Shown: positions 28,888 to 46,150 of the stretch, one piece after another
Layout: each line of letters opens with the position of its first letter
Position numbering within the stretch: position 1 is the first letter of the stretch
Source: Eledone cirrhosa
Taxonomy: Eukaryota
Assembly: GCA_964016885.1 (NCBI GenBank)
Contig: OZ024741.1
Location: 227,850,001 to 227,914,000 of the forward strand
DNA: 64,000 bases
Direction of reading: 5' to 3'
Position numbers and translations under genes: made by a program
Notes under the pieces: model-generated
Told to the model about the DNA's origin: nothing
The model's input: only the letters and a program-made list of their open reading frames with translations
Database searches by the model: none

Positions 28888-31476
28888 CAGAGTAATTCGT
28901 GGTAGAGGGATCGGTCAGTAGGAATGTGTCTGTACGTGTGTGGGGGATATTTTAACATGTTGAAAGATATATTTCAGCTCCTGTCTTATAAGGAGAAGTG
29001 TGTGTGTGTGTGTCTTTGTATGTTAGTGTACGCGCGTGTGTGTGTGTGTATATGTGTGTATGTGTGTGGGTGGGTGGGTGGACCAGTATGTTTGTGATAC
29101 TGTTAAAAATGGTGTACAATATTCGATATTTTCAGCAAAAACGATTCTCTCAATAGAACATCAAAAACATTAATAATAAAAGGTGTGAAATGATATATAA
29201 TATTGTCATAACACCAAGGTGTGTGTGAGTGTCCAGATTGTACGTACTGCAAGGGGAATCCAACCAATACAAAGAAGGACTCACTAACAAGGAATTCAGC
29301 TTCATCACAGACTTCACAAGTAAATCCAGCCTTTTCTACGGTATCTCTAAAGTACATAAAAGCGAAGTAAGGCATATAAAAGCGAAGTAAGGCATGCAAG
29401 GAAGCCACAGACATAGTCATTAATATTCCCTCACCCAATGATCTCAAATTAAGACCTATAATAGCAGGCCCCGCTTGCGAAACCCACCGCCTTAGCAACT
29501 TCATTGATACTCTTCTCAAACACATCAAAAGCTATATAAGGGACGACCTAGATATGCTCAATCACCTCCCTAATATGCCTCTTTCTGAACAAACCCTACA
29601 AGTGATGTTCGATGTAGTCAACCTATACTCCAACATCCCCCACAACCTAGAAATAGAAGCTATCCAATTCTGGCTGGATAATTACCACAATGAACTCCCA
29701 CAATGCATCAAAAAAGAATTCGTGATAGAGGGACTCAAATTTATCTTGGAGAACAATTTCTTCGTTTTCAATAACAAATCCTACAGGCAGAAATCTGGGA
29801 CCGCTATGGGAACGAAAACAAACCCCACTTATGCCAACCTAGTCATGGGATACCTGGAAATCACCCTCTACGCTAAAGTACTAAACAAATTTGGAAACAC
29901 TCTCCACTTACACATAGAAAAGAACTGGAAGCGATATCTAGATGACTGCTTCATCCTTTGGCCCGAAAACATCGAGAAACTTAAAGAATTCCACACCCTT
30001 ATAAATGGGCTCAATACGAATATTATCTTTACGATGGAATACAGCCATCAACAACTCCCCTTCCTCGACATCCTCATTAAGATTCATAACAAAAAAAATA
30101 GAAACAGGCATATACTACAAGCCCACAGACTACAAGCAATATCTTCCTTTCAACTCTTGCCACTCTAGACACGTTAAAATTAATATTCCCTACAACTTAG
30201 TCAAGAGAATCTGTACTATAGTCTCCAATAAAAACACATGTTACTTACGGCTACAAGAACTAAAGGACACACTCATAGGCAAGGACTACCCTGCATCACT
30301 AATTGACAATGGAATCCAACGTGCCCTTAAACTCAGTACCCAGGACCTTAGACACCCTAAAGTAAATCAACCGAAACTAAAAGCTCTTCCATACATCTCC
30401 ACACACAACCCCCTCAACAATGAGGCCTTTGACACCATCCTCCAGAACATCCCTGTGTTAAAAAAGGATCATAGAATGAACCAAATCCTTCGAACACACG
30501 ATATCATAAAGAGCAAAAGACAATCTAAGTCAATGAAAAACATCCTAACACATGCCAAAATACTGCCAACCACAACAACGAAACACACAGTAAAAAAATG
30601 CGATAGACCCAACTGTGGCATATGCATCAACCTAATAGAGCGTTCGGAATTCTATTTCAAAGAAGGATAACGTTTTATAGTAAAACACAATTTCACATGC
30701 GCATCAGAAAATCTAATATATGTATTAACTTGCTCAGGTTGTCGAGAACAATACATAGGCTAGACCAAAAACAGCCTCCGCCAACGCATGACTGTCCATA
30801 GATCCCAAATTAAAATACGGGAATACAGGAAAATACTACTGAGTGAACACATTGATACCTGTGCCGCCCAAAATCATCCCAACTTTAGAATCTTTCCCCT
30901 CTACAAATTTAAAGATAATGCCACCCACACCCAGCGCATCAGCAAGGAATCTCACTTTATTAACAAATACGGACCCCGTCTAAACACTTCTCCCTAAGAC
31001 GAACCCACAACATACACACGTCAACATACATACATACATCAGCATACATCCTACATACATTTCTATCCACATATAAACACAATGACATACGTAAATACAC
31101 ATGTTCTATGGTGCAACACAAATATACACAAATTTGCATACCTTTTGATGTCTATAGATATAAACGTGCCGACACACACACATACATATACGCACACATG
31201 CATTGCACACTGATGGGCACATACATATTTGTACACAAGTATTCCAATACGGCAGGGCCTAATGGATTCCCCTTGCAGTACGTACAATCTGGACACTCAC
31301 ACACACCTTGGTGTTATGACAATACTATATATCATTTCACACCTTTTATTATTAATGTTTTTGATGTTCTCTTGAGAGAATCGTTTTTGCTGAAAATATC
31401 GAATAATGTACACCATTTTTACCAGTATAACAAAAATACTGGTCCACCCCTACCCCCACCCACCCCACAAACACAA

Positions 31477-31519
<43 letters not shown>

Positions 31520-32144
31520 CACACACACACATACACACGCGTACACTAACATACAAAGAGACATACACACACACACACACACACTTCTCCGTATAAGACA
31601 AGTGCTGAAACATATCTTTCAACATGTTAAAATATCCCCCGCACACGTACAGACACATTCCTACTGACCGATCCCTCTACCACAAATTACTCTGCTACAC
31701 ACACACACACCCATATTTGTCTTAAAAGACTTATTTTTCAGTGACTTCTCATTCAGGCGAAAAAGGGCACTCTTCGACAAACCTACATTTCGCGCAAAAT
31801 CAATTTTTAACATTCACGTGACCTCTACCGACCAATCAAAATTGTTTTGACCACAAGAATTTTTGCAACACGAATTGGCGCGAAACTTATTTTAATACCT
31901 CTGGAGCCACTTTTTTCACATAAAACAGGTAGAATTTCCAAAACTAATCAGATTAGAGCAAACATCACGGGCGCTCTATCTCAAAATTATTTTTGAAAAG
32001 CATTAGAAATGCGCAAACGGTAAACACTTAAAACTAAAATGGAATACTAACCAATACTTATTACTAATTTTTACTTATTCCTAATTAAACTATTTTTCAC
32101 TGGGAACAATTTGACAGCATTTTCTTTTCCTTTTATCAATATAT
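28401..32144 (+). mobile_element. Neptune-type PLE with an inverted copy of its 3' region at the 5' end
   Basis: 28438-29262 is the reverse complement (with indels) of 31263-32144. TA tracts on both sides. Confidence 0.88.
29263..30997 (+). pseudogene. Neptune-type PLE RT + GIY-YIG, disrupted
   Basis: FYGISKVHK, RPIIAGPACETHRLS, FDVVNLYSNIP, QKSGTAMG, KRYLDD, LPFLD, YYKPTD, CDRPNCGIC, NLIYVLTCSGC..YIG*T. Disruptions: 20-bp tandem duplication at 29356-29395, frameshift near 30095, in-frame stops. Confidence 0.9.
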
Positions 32145-32213
32145 GTATATATAAATATATATATATGTAGATCCAACCAGAATGGTTGCATTTTTTCAAA
32201 GTATGTCAATATT

Positions 32214-32320
32214 TATTTATAAAACTAACCTATATTATATTTTATCTGATGAAAGCGCACCATAATTTATCTTGGTGGCCCTTGAAATATGTATAATGAA
32301 ATAAATATGATTTTATAAAT
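32214..32320 (+). ncRNA. Type I hammerhead motif (same family as 28256-28362)
   Basis: TATTTTAT-CTGATGA-AAG..CACCA...TGGTG..CTT-GAAA-TATG-TA-..ATGAAATA. Confidence 0.75.
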
Positions 32321-32341
32321 ATAGTTTCCATTTGTTAATAT

Positions 32342-32395
<54 letters not shown>

Positions 32396-32398
32396 ATA

Positions 32399-32761
32399 CG
32401 TTTCTGAATTTGTTTGGCAAGATTCTTTATCTGAAAACGTGTGTTGAAACCGATATTGTTATATTTGCTATGCTTTGTGCCTCTCCTTTGTTCTGTCCTA
32501 TGCCATTAACATGGCGTAGGACAGAACAAAGGAGAGACACAAACACAAAGAAAAGAATCCCCAGTCACTGAAGAGGTCACAGAATGTGTGACGAAAGAAC
32601 TTTGACAATATATGAACAATCGTCTGGTTGTGGAACCAACCAACCAACCGGAAATTTATAAATTCGTAAATTTATAAATTTAATTTATAATAAATTGAAG
32701 TGAAACAATTGGTGCGTGTGTTTCTTATTGGCAACATGACCCTCCCAGAGCATAACAATAT
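32399..32761. mobile_element. Inverted, partly deleted PLE end (same family as 26997-27566); hammerhead at 32564-32606 (+)
   Basis: The left part carries the tail in minus orientation, the right arm ends at ..AACAATAT, and there is a central hairpin at ~32476-32545. Confidence 0.82.
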
Positions 32762-34650
<1,889 letters not shown>

Positions 34651-34779
34651 TATTACATACTTACATATTTTTGCGTGTTTGCTTTCCGTGTATGTGCATG
34701 ATAGTATATACACAAATATGTATACTAACGTGTGTGTGCGTGTGTGTTTCAAATATGCATTCGGTTATGCTTTACACAA

Positions 34780-34857
<78 letters not shown>

Positions 34858-35195
34858 TACAAAAACGCACACATACACAAACACATAGATATATATATAT
34901 GCTTCAAAAGCGCACACACACACACATTACTTCAGATTCAATTTTAGTTGAAGTTGGTCCATAGGAGATTTGTTTTAAATTGGTGCCATTATTCGTTTAG
35001 TCGACATTGGTATATTTTTCACATTGTAGATTGGTCATAGTGGTTGTCTCATAATCGAATAATTAAGAATTAAGATTCCCAATCACGAGCTTACTTGTTT
35101 GATTTCATTGTGTAGCATCTTGAGCATGTGTCTTTTACCATATCCTAGAGACAACCTAAGGACTTTGAGTAAGGGTGGATAGACAGAAACGTGAA

Positions 35196-35495
35196 GGCGA
35201 GTGGCTTTGTGGTTACGGAATTCGGCTTATGATCGTAAGGTTGTGAGTTCGATTCTTGGTGGCGCGGAGTGTCCTTCAGACATTTTTATTTCACGTTGTT
35301 CCAGTTCACTCAGTTGGCGAAAATGAGTTGTACCTTTTCACATTCTTTGTCACGCCGAATCTCCCTGAGAATTACGTTAAGGGTACGCGTGTTTGTGGTA
35401 AGCTCAGCCACTTGCACGTTAATTTCATGAGCAGGCTGGTCTATTGAGCGGATCGACTGGAAACTCTTCGTCGTAACCGACGGAGTGCCTTCCAT
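35196..35495 (+). mobile_element. Second tRNA-derived SINE family (copies also at ~25318-25590 and 27785-27990 -)
   Basis: A-box-like TGGCTTTGTGG and B-box GAGTTCGATTC; shared body CACTTGCACGTTAATTTCA..TCGTC.TAAC. Confidence 0.65.
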
Positions 35496-35820
35496 TTGGA
35501 GAACCATCCACCATCCTATGGACTGTACCTGTATTTCAGAGCCCACGTTGTAATACATTGTATTACTGTTTCTTCACGAGAATTATGTTATGATTACACA
35601 TCACTCAGGAATATTCAGCCACTTATCCGACATCGTATTTGAAGGAAACCGAAGGAAACTCAACGCTAATTATTTGTGTATGTATGTGTGTATTGTGTAT
35701 GTATTGTGTATTTGTGTATGTATATAAATATATGTGAGTGTGTGAAATGTGCATGTATGTGTGTATATATTTAAGTATGTATATTACATTTGTATGTACA
35801 TATGAATATATACATACATA

Positions 35821-36160
35821 TGTATGTACGTATGTATACATACTTATGTATGTACGTACGCATATATACATACATGTGTATGTACGTACGTATATATACA
35901 TACATATGTTTGCACGTACGTATATATACATACATATGTATGCACGTACGTATATATACATACATATGTTTGCACGTACGTATATATACATACATATGTA
36001 TGCACGTACGTATATATACATACATATGTATGCACGTACGTATATATACATACATATGTTTGCACGTACGTATATATACATACATATGTTTGCACGTACG
36101 TATATATACATACATATGTATGCACGTACGTATGTATACATACATATGTATGTACGTATG
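35821..36160. repeat. 30-bp minisatellite, about 11 units
   Basis: Unit TATATATACATACATATGT(A/T)TGCACGTACG. Confidence 0.9.
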
Positions 36161-36552
36161 TATACATATATATGTATGTACGTATGTATACGTACATAAG
36201 TATATACGTACGTATACATAATTAATGTTCAATTTCCTCCGGTTTGTTTTAAAGAAGATATATTAAAACAAAACACCACCTCTGCCAATACTGTCATCAA
36301 AACTATCTTCCCCACCACAACCCCAACACCACAATCAACTCCATCAACATCACTGCCACTAACTTTACCATCACTACCATTACCACCACTATCTCCACCA
36401 AAACTACCACTACCATAACCAGTAACATCTCCACCATCACAGTCGTCCCACCTACTGTACTTAAAAGGCACCTGAATAAGTGACAGGTTTAATTTCCTGT
36501 ATGATAATTTTCCAACGGAAGATGTACGTCTGCCTACCAGATAACGTAGCTT

Positions 36553-36696
<144 letters not shown>

Positions 36697-36842
36697 TACG
36701 GCGAGAGAGGGGAGAGATATGTAGAAATAAAGATATATAGTATATATATACACACACATATATAAAGATATATTAGTATATATACACACATATATATATA
36801 TATATACACACACACTCATATATATATATATATATACATATA

Positions 36843-36882
<40 letters not shown>

Positions 36883-37335
36883 TACATATATGCAGCGAGA
36901 GAGGGGAGAGATATGTAGAAATATAGATATATAGTATATATACACACACACATATATATATATGTGTGTGTGTGTTTGTGTATGTGCATGTATGTATATA
37001 TAAGTAATTTATATATATAATAGCTGGTAATATTACAAGTATTAGTTTCCTCGTTTCCTGTTCTTCAGGTAACGATTCTTATCCCCCTATTCGTATTGAT
37101 TGTGAGAACAAAATGGAAAAAAATAAATGTTATGAATATTTGAGATGTCTGTTGCATGCCTCGATTATCACTTGCATATCTTGTTATTGCTCTGGTCTTG
37201 TTATTGCGAAGCTTACTCTTTTATTTCAATGTAAATCCCCCACTTTTCCTTGTTCATTTACGTATTTCACTTTCGTAGGGCGTGAACCCTTCTGGCAAAT
37301 AATAGAAATTATTTTCATTATCATTATAAGGTCAA

Positions 37336-37910
37336 TGAAGCGCTGTGTATTGACAGTATCGGTAGAGCGTCAGACAATATACTTTGTGGCATAGAGTTAC
37401 GGCCCTTTGTGTTCTGAGTTCAAATGATGCCGAGGTAACCTTTCCCTTTAATCCTTACGCGGTCGAATAAATAAATAACAGTAATATACTGAGGTCGATT
37501 TAATCGACTATCCTCTCTCCCTAAGTTGCTGGCCCTGTGCCTATAGCAGAAATCATTATTATTATTAGGGCAATGAAAGGGCGGTGGATTGGCAGTATCA
37601 GTAGAGGGTCGGACACCATGCTTTGCAGCATAGAGTTACGGCCCTTTATGATCTGAGTTCAAATCCCGCCGAGGTTAACTTTGCCTTTCATCCTTACTGG
37701 GTCGATAAAATAAAGTACCAGACACGCACTGGGGTCGATTTAATCGACTTTCTCCTCCCCCAAAATTGCTGGCCTTGTGCCTATATATAAGAAACCATTA
37801 TTAGGGAAATGAGGGCTTGGATTGGCAGTATCTGTAGAGCGTTAGAAACCATGCTTCGCGGCATATTGTTGTAGCCCTTTACATTCTGAGTTCAAATCCC
37901 ACCGAGGGAT
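37336..37910 (+). mobile_element. Three head-to-tail tRNA-derived SINE copies
   Basis: A-box TGGCAGTATC.GT, B-box GAGTTCAAATCCC, each successive copy starting in the previous (ATT)n tail. Confidence 0.85.
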
Positions 37911-38672
37911 TGCATTAATTATTTGAATCTATTTAGATAAATAAATCGACAACAGTACTTGATTGGTCCTATTTTTTATCGACCCAGAAAAGATGAAATT
38001 CACTGTTGACCTCGGAGAGATTTTAAACCATACGATTATGCCAACCCAACTCTCCGTGCAATAATAATGGTTTCTGATTTAGACACAAGGCAAGGACAAC
38101 AATTTGTGGGGGGGGGGGTCGATTAAATCGACTCCAGTGCGTTACTGGTACTTTATTTTATCGGTCCCCGAAAAGATGAAAGGCAGGGTTTGAACTCAAA
38201 AAGTAAAGAGCCGTAACTCTATGCAGTCAAGCATGATGTCCGACGTTCTACCTATACTGCCAATCCACCGTAGTTTAGATAAATATAGTTACACTAATGA
38301 AAGGAAGATGTCTGAGATTTGGACGCAGGAAATTTATCGAGGAAGAAAACAGAAAGTTATTGGTGCTATTTCTTTGATAATAGACTTGATCCCGAAACGT
38401 CAAAGTGTTTCTTTTCCTTGTGATAACTACGTTTATTTAATCTAACACAACTCATCTTGACATTGAAAGTTTGACCTGATAGATACGATATAAACAAGAA
38501 GCTCAAGGCTCACTCAATCTTAAATGACAACAAGTCCTTGGTTGTTAATTATTTAATAAGCTGCTATAGTTGCATTATGTAAACTAAGTGCAAAAGTCAA
38601 ACGTAGCTGATTGCATAAACGACATGTTGATATGAATGTGAGAGACACATACAGACATATATCGAGATAGAG

Positions 38673-38763
<91 letters not shown>

Positions 38764-38778
38764 ATATATATATATTTT

Positions 38779-38970
38779 CTAGGGCGGGTAAAATTCCCGA
38801 GATCCATGGACGAGTTCTCTCCAGCGGTCTCTATCCCTCATTATCGCTGCCATGTCCTGCGTCTCCAACAGACCAGTGTCTGTCCTTGGGGCATCAACAT
38901 ACGTTAACCTTGGTCTTCCTCTTCCAGTGTGTCCATGTAGGGGCTCCCACAAGAGCACTGAGTGCAATGT
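38779..38970 (-). pseudogene. RTE-like LINE extreme 3' end
   Basis: VLLWEPLHGHTGRGRPRLTYVD...MRDRDRWRELV. Confidence 0.75.
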
Positions 38971-39304
38971 CAACTATATATATAGAAAGAGAGGCAGTAA
39001 ATGGGAAGAAGAAGAAGAAGAAGGTGGAGTGGGGGGGGGGGGGGGCAACGACAGGGAAAGAAAGAAAAAGATAGCGAGAATTATAGGGAGAAAGCGATAG
39101 AGATAATTTGATAGAGAAATAGAGAGAAGAAAGTAATATCATGAGGAGAGAAAGACAGATAGGAAAAGGGGAAGACGATAAAGAAGAAGAGAGAGAGAGA
39201 GTGTGTGCGTTTGTGCGTGTGTGAGTGAGGGGGGGGTAGAGAACCAAACAGACAGACGGTTAGACAGAAAGTTAGACAGGGAGACATAGAGAGAAGAAGA
39301 CATG

Positions 39305-39343
<39 letters not shown>

Positions 39344-39953
39344 GAAGTTTGCAGGAAAAATAAAAGTTAAACAAACAACACAACAAAAATAAACTAAAAA
39401 AAAATATTTTTCTTATGTTTATTAAAGATGAAGAGAGATTATAGAGACAATAATAGTGTCTATACACCCTGGGTGGCCACTGGTCAATAATGCTGGATTG
39501 GCTTTGATTATTCAACAGCTTATTACCTTATTATACCGTGGCAGTCCAGTGGAGACATGCTTTAACTTCGTTCCAAATATACAAGCTTATATACATTGTA
39601 TAGACCGCCCATATGTATGTATGCTTGTTTATATGTATATATGCTTGTTTATATGTATGTATGTATGTTTGAATGTATGTATGTATATGTGCGTATGTAT
39701 GTGTGTATGTATATGTGCGTATGTATGTGTGTATGTATATGTGCGTATGTATCAATGTATATATATATATGTGTGTTTATAAATGTATATATGTATCTAT
39801 GTATGTACGTATGCAGAAATGCAGAGTGGGTACAGTAATGTGACCGTGGTGCCAAGCGTTTTCAGCTTACTGAACACAAGCCAAAAACGCTTGACGCCGC
39901 GGTTGGCATTTTACATTATCTATCTATCTATCTATCCATATCCCCCCCACCCC

Positions 39954-39993
<40 letters not shown>

Positions 39994-40008
39994 ATCTCCC
40001 TCTCTCTA

Positions 40009-40040
<32 letters not shown>

Positions 40041-40101
40041 CAAAGAGAGGGGAGAAGATGGAGGGGCATATATATATATATACATATATATACATTCATC
40101 G

Positions 40102-40154
<53 letters not shown>

Positions 40155-40378
40155 CATTCATTTGATTTATTGATTTATTGATATTTTATCTGAGTGTCCC
40201 GAATCTTCCAGATCGTAATTTTTCGGTCGTATGGTTGATTTTAGACATGTTCTATGTGTGTCGGTATTTTAACGATAGTTATAGCTCTGATTTATCTGAA
40301 TTATTGAGCCCTCTGCCGCTCATTTCGAATTTTGTTTATGGTGAACTCGTGCGCCGATTTTTCGATACTCGATTATTC

Positions 40379-40428
<50 letters not shown>

Positions 40429-40592
40429 CGGAGGAGTTGTGGTAACGAACCAGATGGACCATAACGCACCAGAGTACTCAATACTTAGGGTAGTAGAGTG
40501 GGTAATAGAAGAAAGTATGACCCCGACGACAGAGCTCAAGCCGTCAAAACAGCTTGAGCTCTGCCGTCGGGGTCATACTTTCTCCTATATAT

Positions 40593-41353
<761 letters not shown>

Positions 41354-41437
41354 TATATATATATATGTTAATTTTTCATTCGCACCGTTTCCTTTCGCTA
41401 TATGTCTCTCCACCACTCCCCTACACACCTTTTGAAC

Positions 41438-41475
41438 TCTTACCTGAAGAAGGGCTTATGCCCGAAACGTCGTCC
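41438..41475 (+). ncRNA. Minimal PLE-type hammerhead core
   Basis: CTGAAGA-a-GGGC-ttat-GCCC-GAAAC-GTC, AATAAA about 40 nt downstream. Stem I not evident. Confidence 0.6.
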
Positions 41476-43234
41476 TCCACCTAACCCCCACTCTCCTGAG
41501 CGTGAATCTAATAAACATTTGTCGTACTGCCTCTCTGTTCTGTCCCTGTTCAATTTTTTATTATATATATATATATAGAGAGAGAGAGAGCGATGATAGA
41601 TAAGTAGGCATTACATGTGTAGTTATGTGTATATATGTATATACGTATGCATGCATATATTTTTGTATGTATGTGTGGTATTTAAAATCTTCCTATAAAG
41701 AAGGAGCAGGATTCCAAAGAATAAACAAAGCTCTGTCTTTGAAATTTAGATAACGAGAATGATGGTGTTACACGTTACACTTTAGAAAAATATTGCATGT
41801 TTCTTTTTACTATTGTAACAAATTGTATTTGCGAAGTGAATGCTAGCTGGTCAATTTCTTCGCCTGAATATTTCCAACAGAGCGAACAGCACTGCAAAGC
41901 ATCTCGTTCAACATTCTGAAAATCCTCCACTCTGGGCTGGTTGTATATTTTATCGACCCACTGAAAGAATGAAAGGCAAACTAACCTCGGTCGGATTTGA
42001 ACTCAGAGCGCAGAAAGCCGAATATTTTGTCCAACGCTATGAAAACTACTTCAAACCTGTCAACTCTCCTCGTCCGATGGGGAGATCTCCCACCCATTTT
42101 GAGTTCGCCTCTTGTCTTCCTTTGTAAAAGCGAGTATAGCTTTCATTATGTAAATTCTCCACATTTTGCCTCATTTCTCCCCTTTTTTATGAACTTTTTT
42201 TCATGGTAGTCCTTGTTTAAGTTTTTAGAGTTTGGCAGGTCAGTCAAGATTCTAGATTCTAGGAAGGAAATTTGGTGGTTATTTCCAACAGATAAAATTA
42301 TCATATATCGACTCCTCACAAACTAAACTAGGTGTTGCAGTTAATTTTGCGGTATTCAAATTAGTCACAGGTCAATCAGCAAAAGATAGCATTTTCAGTG
42401 ATGCCCATCGCACTACTGAGAAACTGGTTCGTGTGTGCGTGTCAGTATGTGTGCGCGCGTGCGTGTGTGTGTGTGTGTGTGTGCGCGTGTTTGTGTGGAT
42501 CATGTAACTCTTTATGAAATGAAGTTAGGAAGACTCATATTGTGAAGCATTTGTTAAGGGATTTGTAAAAACAATCTCTAGCATTATGAAATATCGAGAT
42601 ATGGAAATAAGTGGATGATAGGATGAATGAGAGGAACAGAAAAGATAAATATGAGAGAGAGAGGGGAGGGGGTGAGAGATGGAAGAGTTGGTCAAAAGAA
42701 GGGCATATAGATAGATATTGGTGTCACGGTTTCACCCTTTAGTACCCAATCTATATTTATGGACCCGTAACTTCTGGCACAGTTGTAGGAGTGTCTCAGT
42801 GACATACCGAGTTTCTTGGGCATTTTGTTTAAACTTGACGGATCGCATCCCATTTTCAGATCTGAACGCAGTCAATTTCTTCCAGATTAATGAAAGAGGG
42901 TGATTGAGAATAAGTGAGAAAGAGATATAGAGAAAAATCTCGACCCCAGTACTTGACTGGTGCATATTTTACGATGAAAGATAAAATTGACCTCGGCAGG
43001 ATTTCAACTAAGGGAACAGGAATGAATGCTGCAAAGCATTTTATCCGAGTAGAGTAAACAGGATTTAAGAGAAAAATTATGTTTATTTTATTTCCAACCA
43101 CAAAATAAGCCTTTACTGCGCGTGTTTCATTATTTTCGAAAACTACTTTCCAATATGGCTACCTGAAGATTTGTTGTTAAGCTGTTTATATAACATAATT
43201 AGCTTAAATAATGAAACACCCGCGTTTTATGATT

Positions 43235-43316
<82 letters not shown>

Positions 43317-43321
43317 GCACA

Positions 43322-43417
<96 letters not shown>

Positions 43418-43846
43418 CAAATATAAATTTAGCGAGAATCGCATTTCGGCGGTTAGAAATTAGCGAAACGCAACTTCTATATTGTGCTGACAAGCGCTCC
43501 ATGCATATGAAGCGGTTAGCAGAGCTATAAACATAAGTTAGAATGGTCATACACGCTGAGACGATGGTTAAGAAGCCATAGCCACCATACCCCAAAAAAG
43601 GGAACAAACAAAATGAGATATGATTGAAATAGTTACCCGGACCCTCGGGGAAGATGTGATATACATATATGCGTGCGTTTAGGTGTGTGAAGGTGTGTGT
43701 GTGTCTGTTGATCCTGCGAGTACACTGGTAAAACTCTAGAGTAATAAGACTCATTTCTTAGCCACAAAAAAAGAATATATGAATATATATATATATATAT
43801 ATACATATACACATATATATATACATATACATATTTACATACAAAC

Positions 43847-43889
<43 letters not shown>

Positions 43890-45109
43890 AGGATATGTAT
43901 AACAATATAAAGAACTTATATCTGAACTCTATATTTTGACACCCTACCACCGCTTGCTTGCTTGTAAATAATTAAATTTACGTTTATATGTAGATTAAAC
44001 GATTCTCTTAGTTAATATGGTGCCTGCAATATCAACGTCCCCTGACGGAATGAATGCATTACCAGGGTGAAATACTTAGTAGGAAAATGAATATGTGAAT
44101 ATATCATTTTTATATTTGTCGGCCATATTACGTTGAAATCTTTGGTATTTTTTTATAAAATATCTTACTGGTAATAGCGTCGATATGCAAAGCCATATAT
44201 TTTGATGTGATATCAAATCAGTGAGGCATATTTTAGTTCTTGTCAAATATCAGTCCATACCACGATATCAGTCCAATCTTGTGGTTGTTGCTGCCAGTGA
44301 AAGGGGGTTGGTGTAGTGGTGGAGATGGTGGTGGCGGTGGTGGTGGTGGTGAGAGTAGTAATAGCAGTTGTAGTAGTAGTGGTGATGGTGGTAGAGTGAT
44401 AGTAGTAGTTGTAGTAGTGGTGGTGAAGCTGGTAGATTGCTAGTAGTAGTTATAGCAGTGTTGGTGTTGGTGCTGTGGTATTTTTCTTGGTCTTGTTGGA
44501 GGGCGTGATGTTCTTACCATTCGGGATGTTTGTTGTTTTGTTTGTGTTATCTGTTTCTGTCTTCTTCATTATTTATTCTATTATGACTACAAAAGACAAG
44601 ATACAATCTGCTCCATTGTGATGGTTGTTAGTAATCCTACTGCTGTTGCTCTTACTTCTGTTGTTTTTTTTCTTATTATTATTGTTATTTGTTGAACTCG
44701 GTGTTGTTATTATTGTTGTAGACATATTTTCTCAATTACATCTACAATATATTTATATATATTTCGATCTCTTCGATAGGGAAAAGCGTCCATGTTGTTC
44801 ATGTTGTTGTTGATATTGTTGTTATTAGTGTTGTTCGTGTTGTTACTGCAGTGTTGTTCTTGCTGCTATTTATATTGTTGTTTCCGTAGTGTAGTTGGTG
44901 TCCATGTTTCTCTTGTTGTATTGTTGCTATCAGTGATGTTTACTATTCTTATAGTTAACAGACTCAGTAAAGTGTACGACTAAATGTACTGGCAGTATTT
45001 ATTTAAGTCCCAGTTGAAAAACTACTAAGACCGATTTTGCTTTTTTGGTGATATATGCCAATGTTAGAATCTCCTCCGTAAAAATATTATTATTATTATT
45101 ACTTTGTTA

Positions 45110-46150
45110 CGCAATGTAGATGGAAAATGCACCAGAGTATTTAGTCATCTGTCAAGTTACAACCAGGTTCTCAGACTGATAATACTTTCCTTAAAATGGA
45201 CACCAATCTTGCATGGTATTTCCAACCATTGTCTTGGAGTTTCAATGGAATTGACCCTAGTATCCCGATCACAACTGATATCACTTCTACATTACCCTTT
45301 CGCTTTCAAACAGTCTTGACATCTTCACTTTTACTTCGGAGTATTTAGAAATTTTTTCAGCCATTTTATTCGCAGTATTCTTGTCATTTGGTATGGTTAT
45401 GTCTATGATCTAACAGTATTTGACTTTCTTGTTCAATGCGACAATGTCTGGTCAGCGATGCTCAGTTACTCTATCAGCCTGAAAGTCATAATCCCAGAAT
45501 ATCATTGCTTTCCCATCCTCTTGTCTTAGTTTACAAGATACATGCTCATACCAAGTATCTATTACTTCGTATTGGTATTTCCGACATATCAGCAAATGAA
45601 GGTACAAACAAACTTTATCATGGTGCAGCTTGTATTATTTTTGAGCAAGACTCTCACATCCACTTACCGAGTGAGTTACATTTTTCACATTCGTTTCACA
45701 GCGTCTGCATTTCTGGGTGTCAGAAGTTTTGTAGATGTTATACTTCACGGAATTGGTAACAAGAGCTTGGTTTTGTGCTGCAATTATAAGGCCTTCAGTG
45801 GTACGCTTCAAATCGCCTTGCTTAAGCCATGTCCATGATATTGTTTTACTCTTGATATTTTGTGCATTTTCTTCAAACTGACCATGCATTCTCATTTCCA
45901 GAATGTATTTTCTCTTCCCTTCTGGTTAAACTCTTCCTTGATAACCATTTAATCTAACTGTATACCCATATCTTCTGCTGTATATTGAAACAACTCTTCG
46001 TCACTGTTTGCCAAATATTCTGCAAGCATTCTTCTTTCATTCCTTATATTAATGAGACCTCGCCTACACTAATGAGATCCCTCCCACCATCCTTTCTCTT
46101 CATATACTATCTGTTTATATTCGATTTAGGGTGTAATGCTTTGTTTTTCT
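45110..46150 (-). pseudogene. R4/Dong-like LINE (CCHC + restriction-like endonuclease), decayed
   Basis: MHGQF..WLKQGDLKRTTEGLIIAAQNQAL..CRRC..VTHSVSGCESLAQ. Confidence 0.8.

Noticed and set aside
30660-30770. Recoding (selenocysteine or readthrough) of in-frame stops in the Neptune ORF
   Set aside because: The stops are TAA and TAG, not TGA, and the copy also has a frameshift and a 20-bp duplication. This is ordinary decay.
35821-36160. CRISPR-like appearance of 30-bp repeats
   Set aside because: Units are contiguous with no unique spacers, no cas genes are present, and the context is eukaryotic.
37580-37680. tRNA genes suggested by A/B boxes
   Set aside because: These are SINE heads: they continue into a shared non-tRNA body and no cloverleaf closes.
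43110-43232. Hammerhead-like CTGAAGA...GAAAC with TTAAGCT/AGCTTAA stem
   Set aside because: Stem I and the cleavage-site region are too degenerate; probably a decayed copy, so it is not counted.
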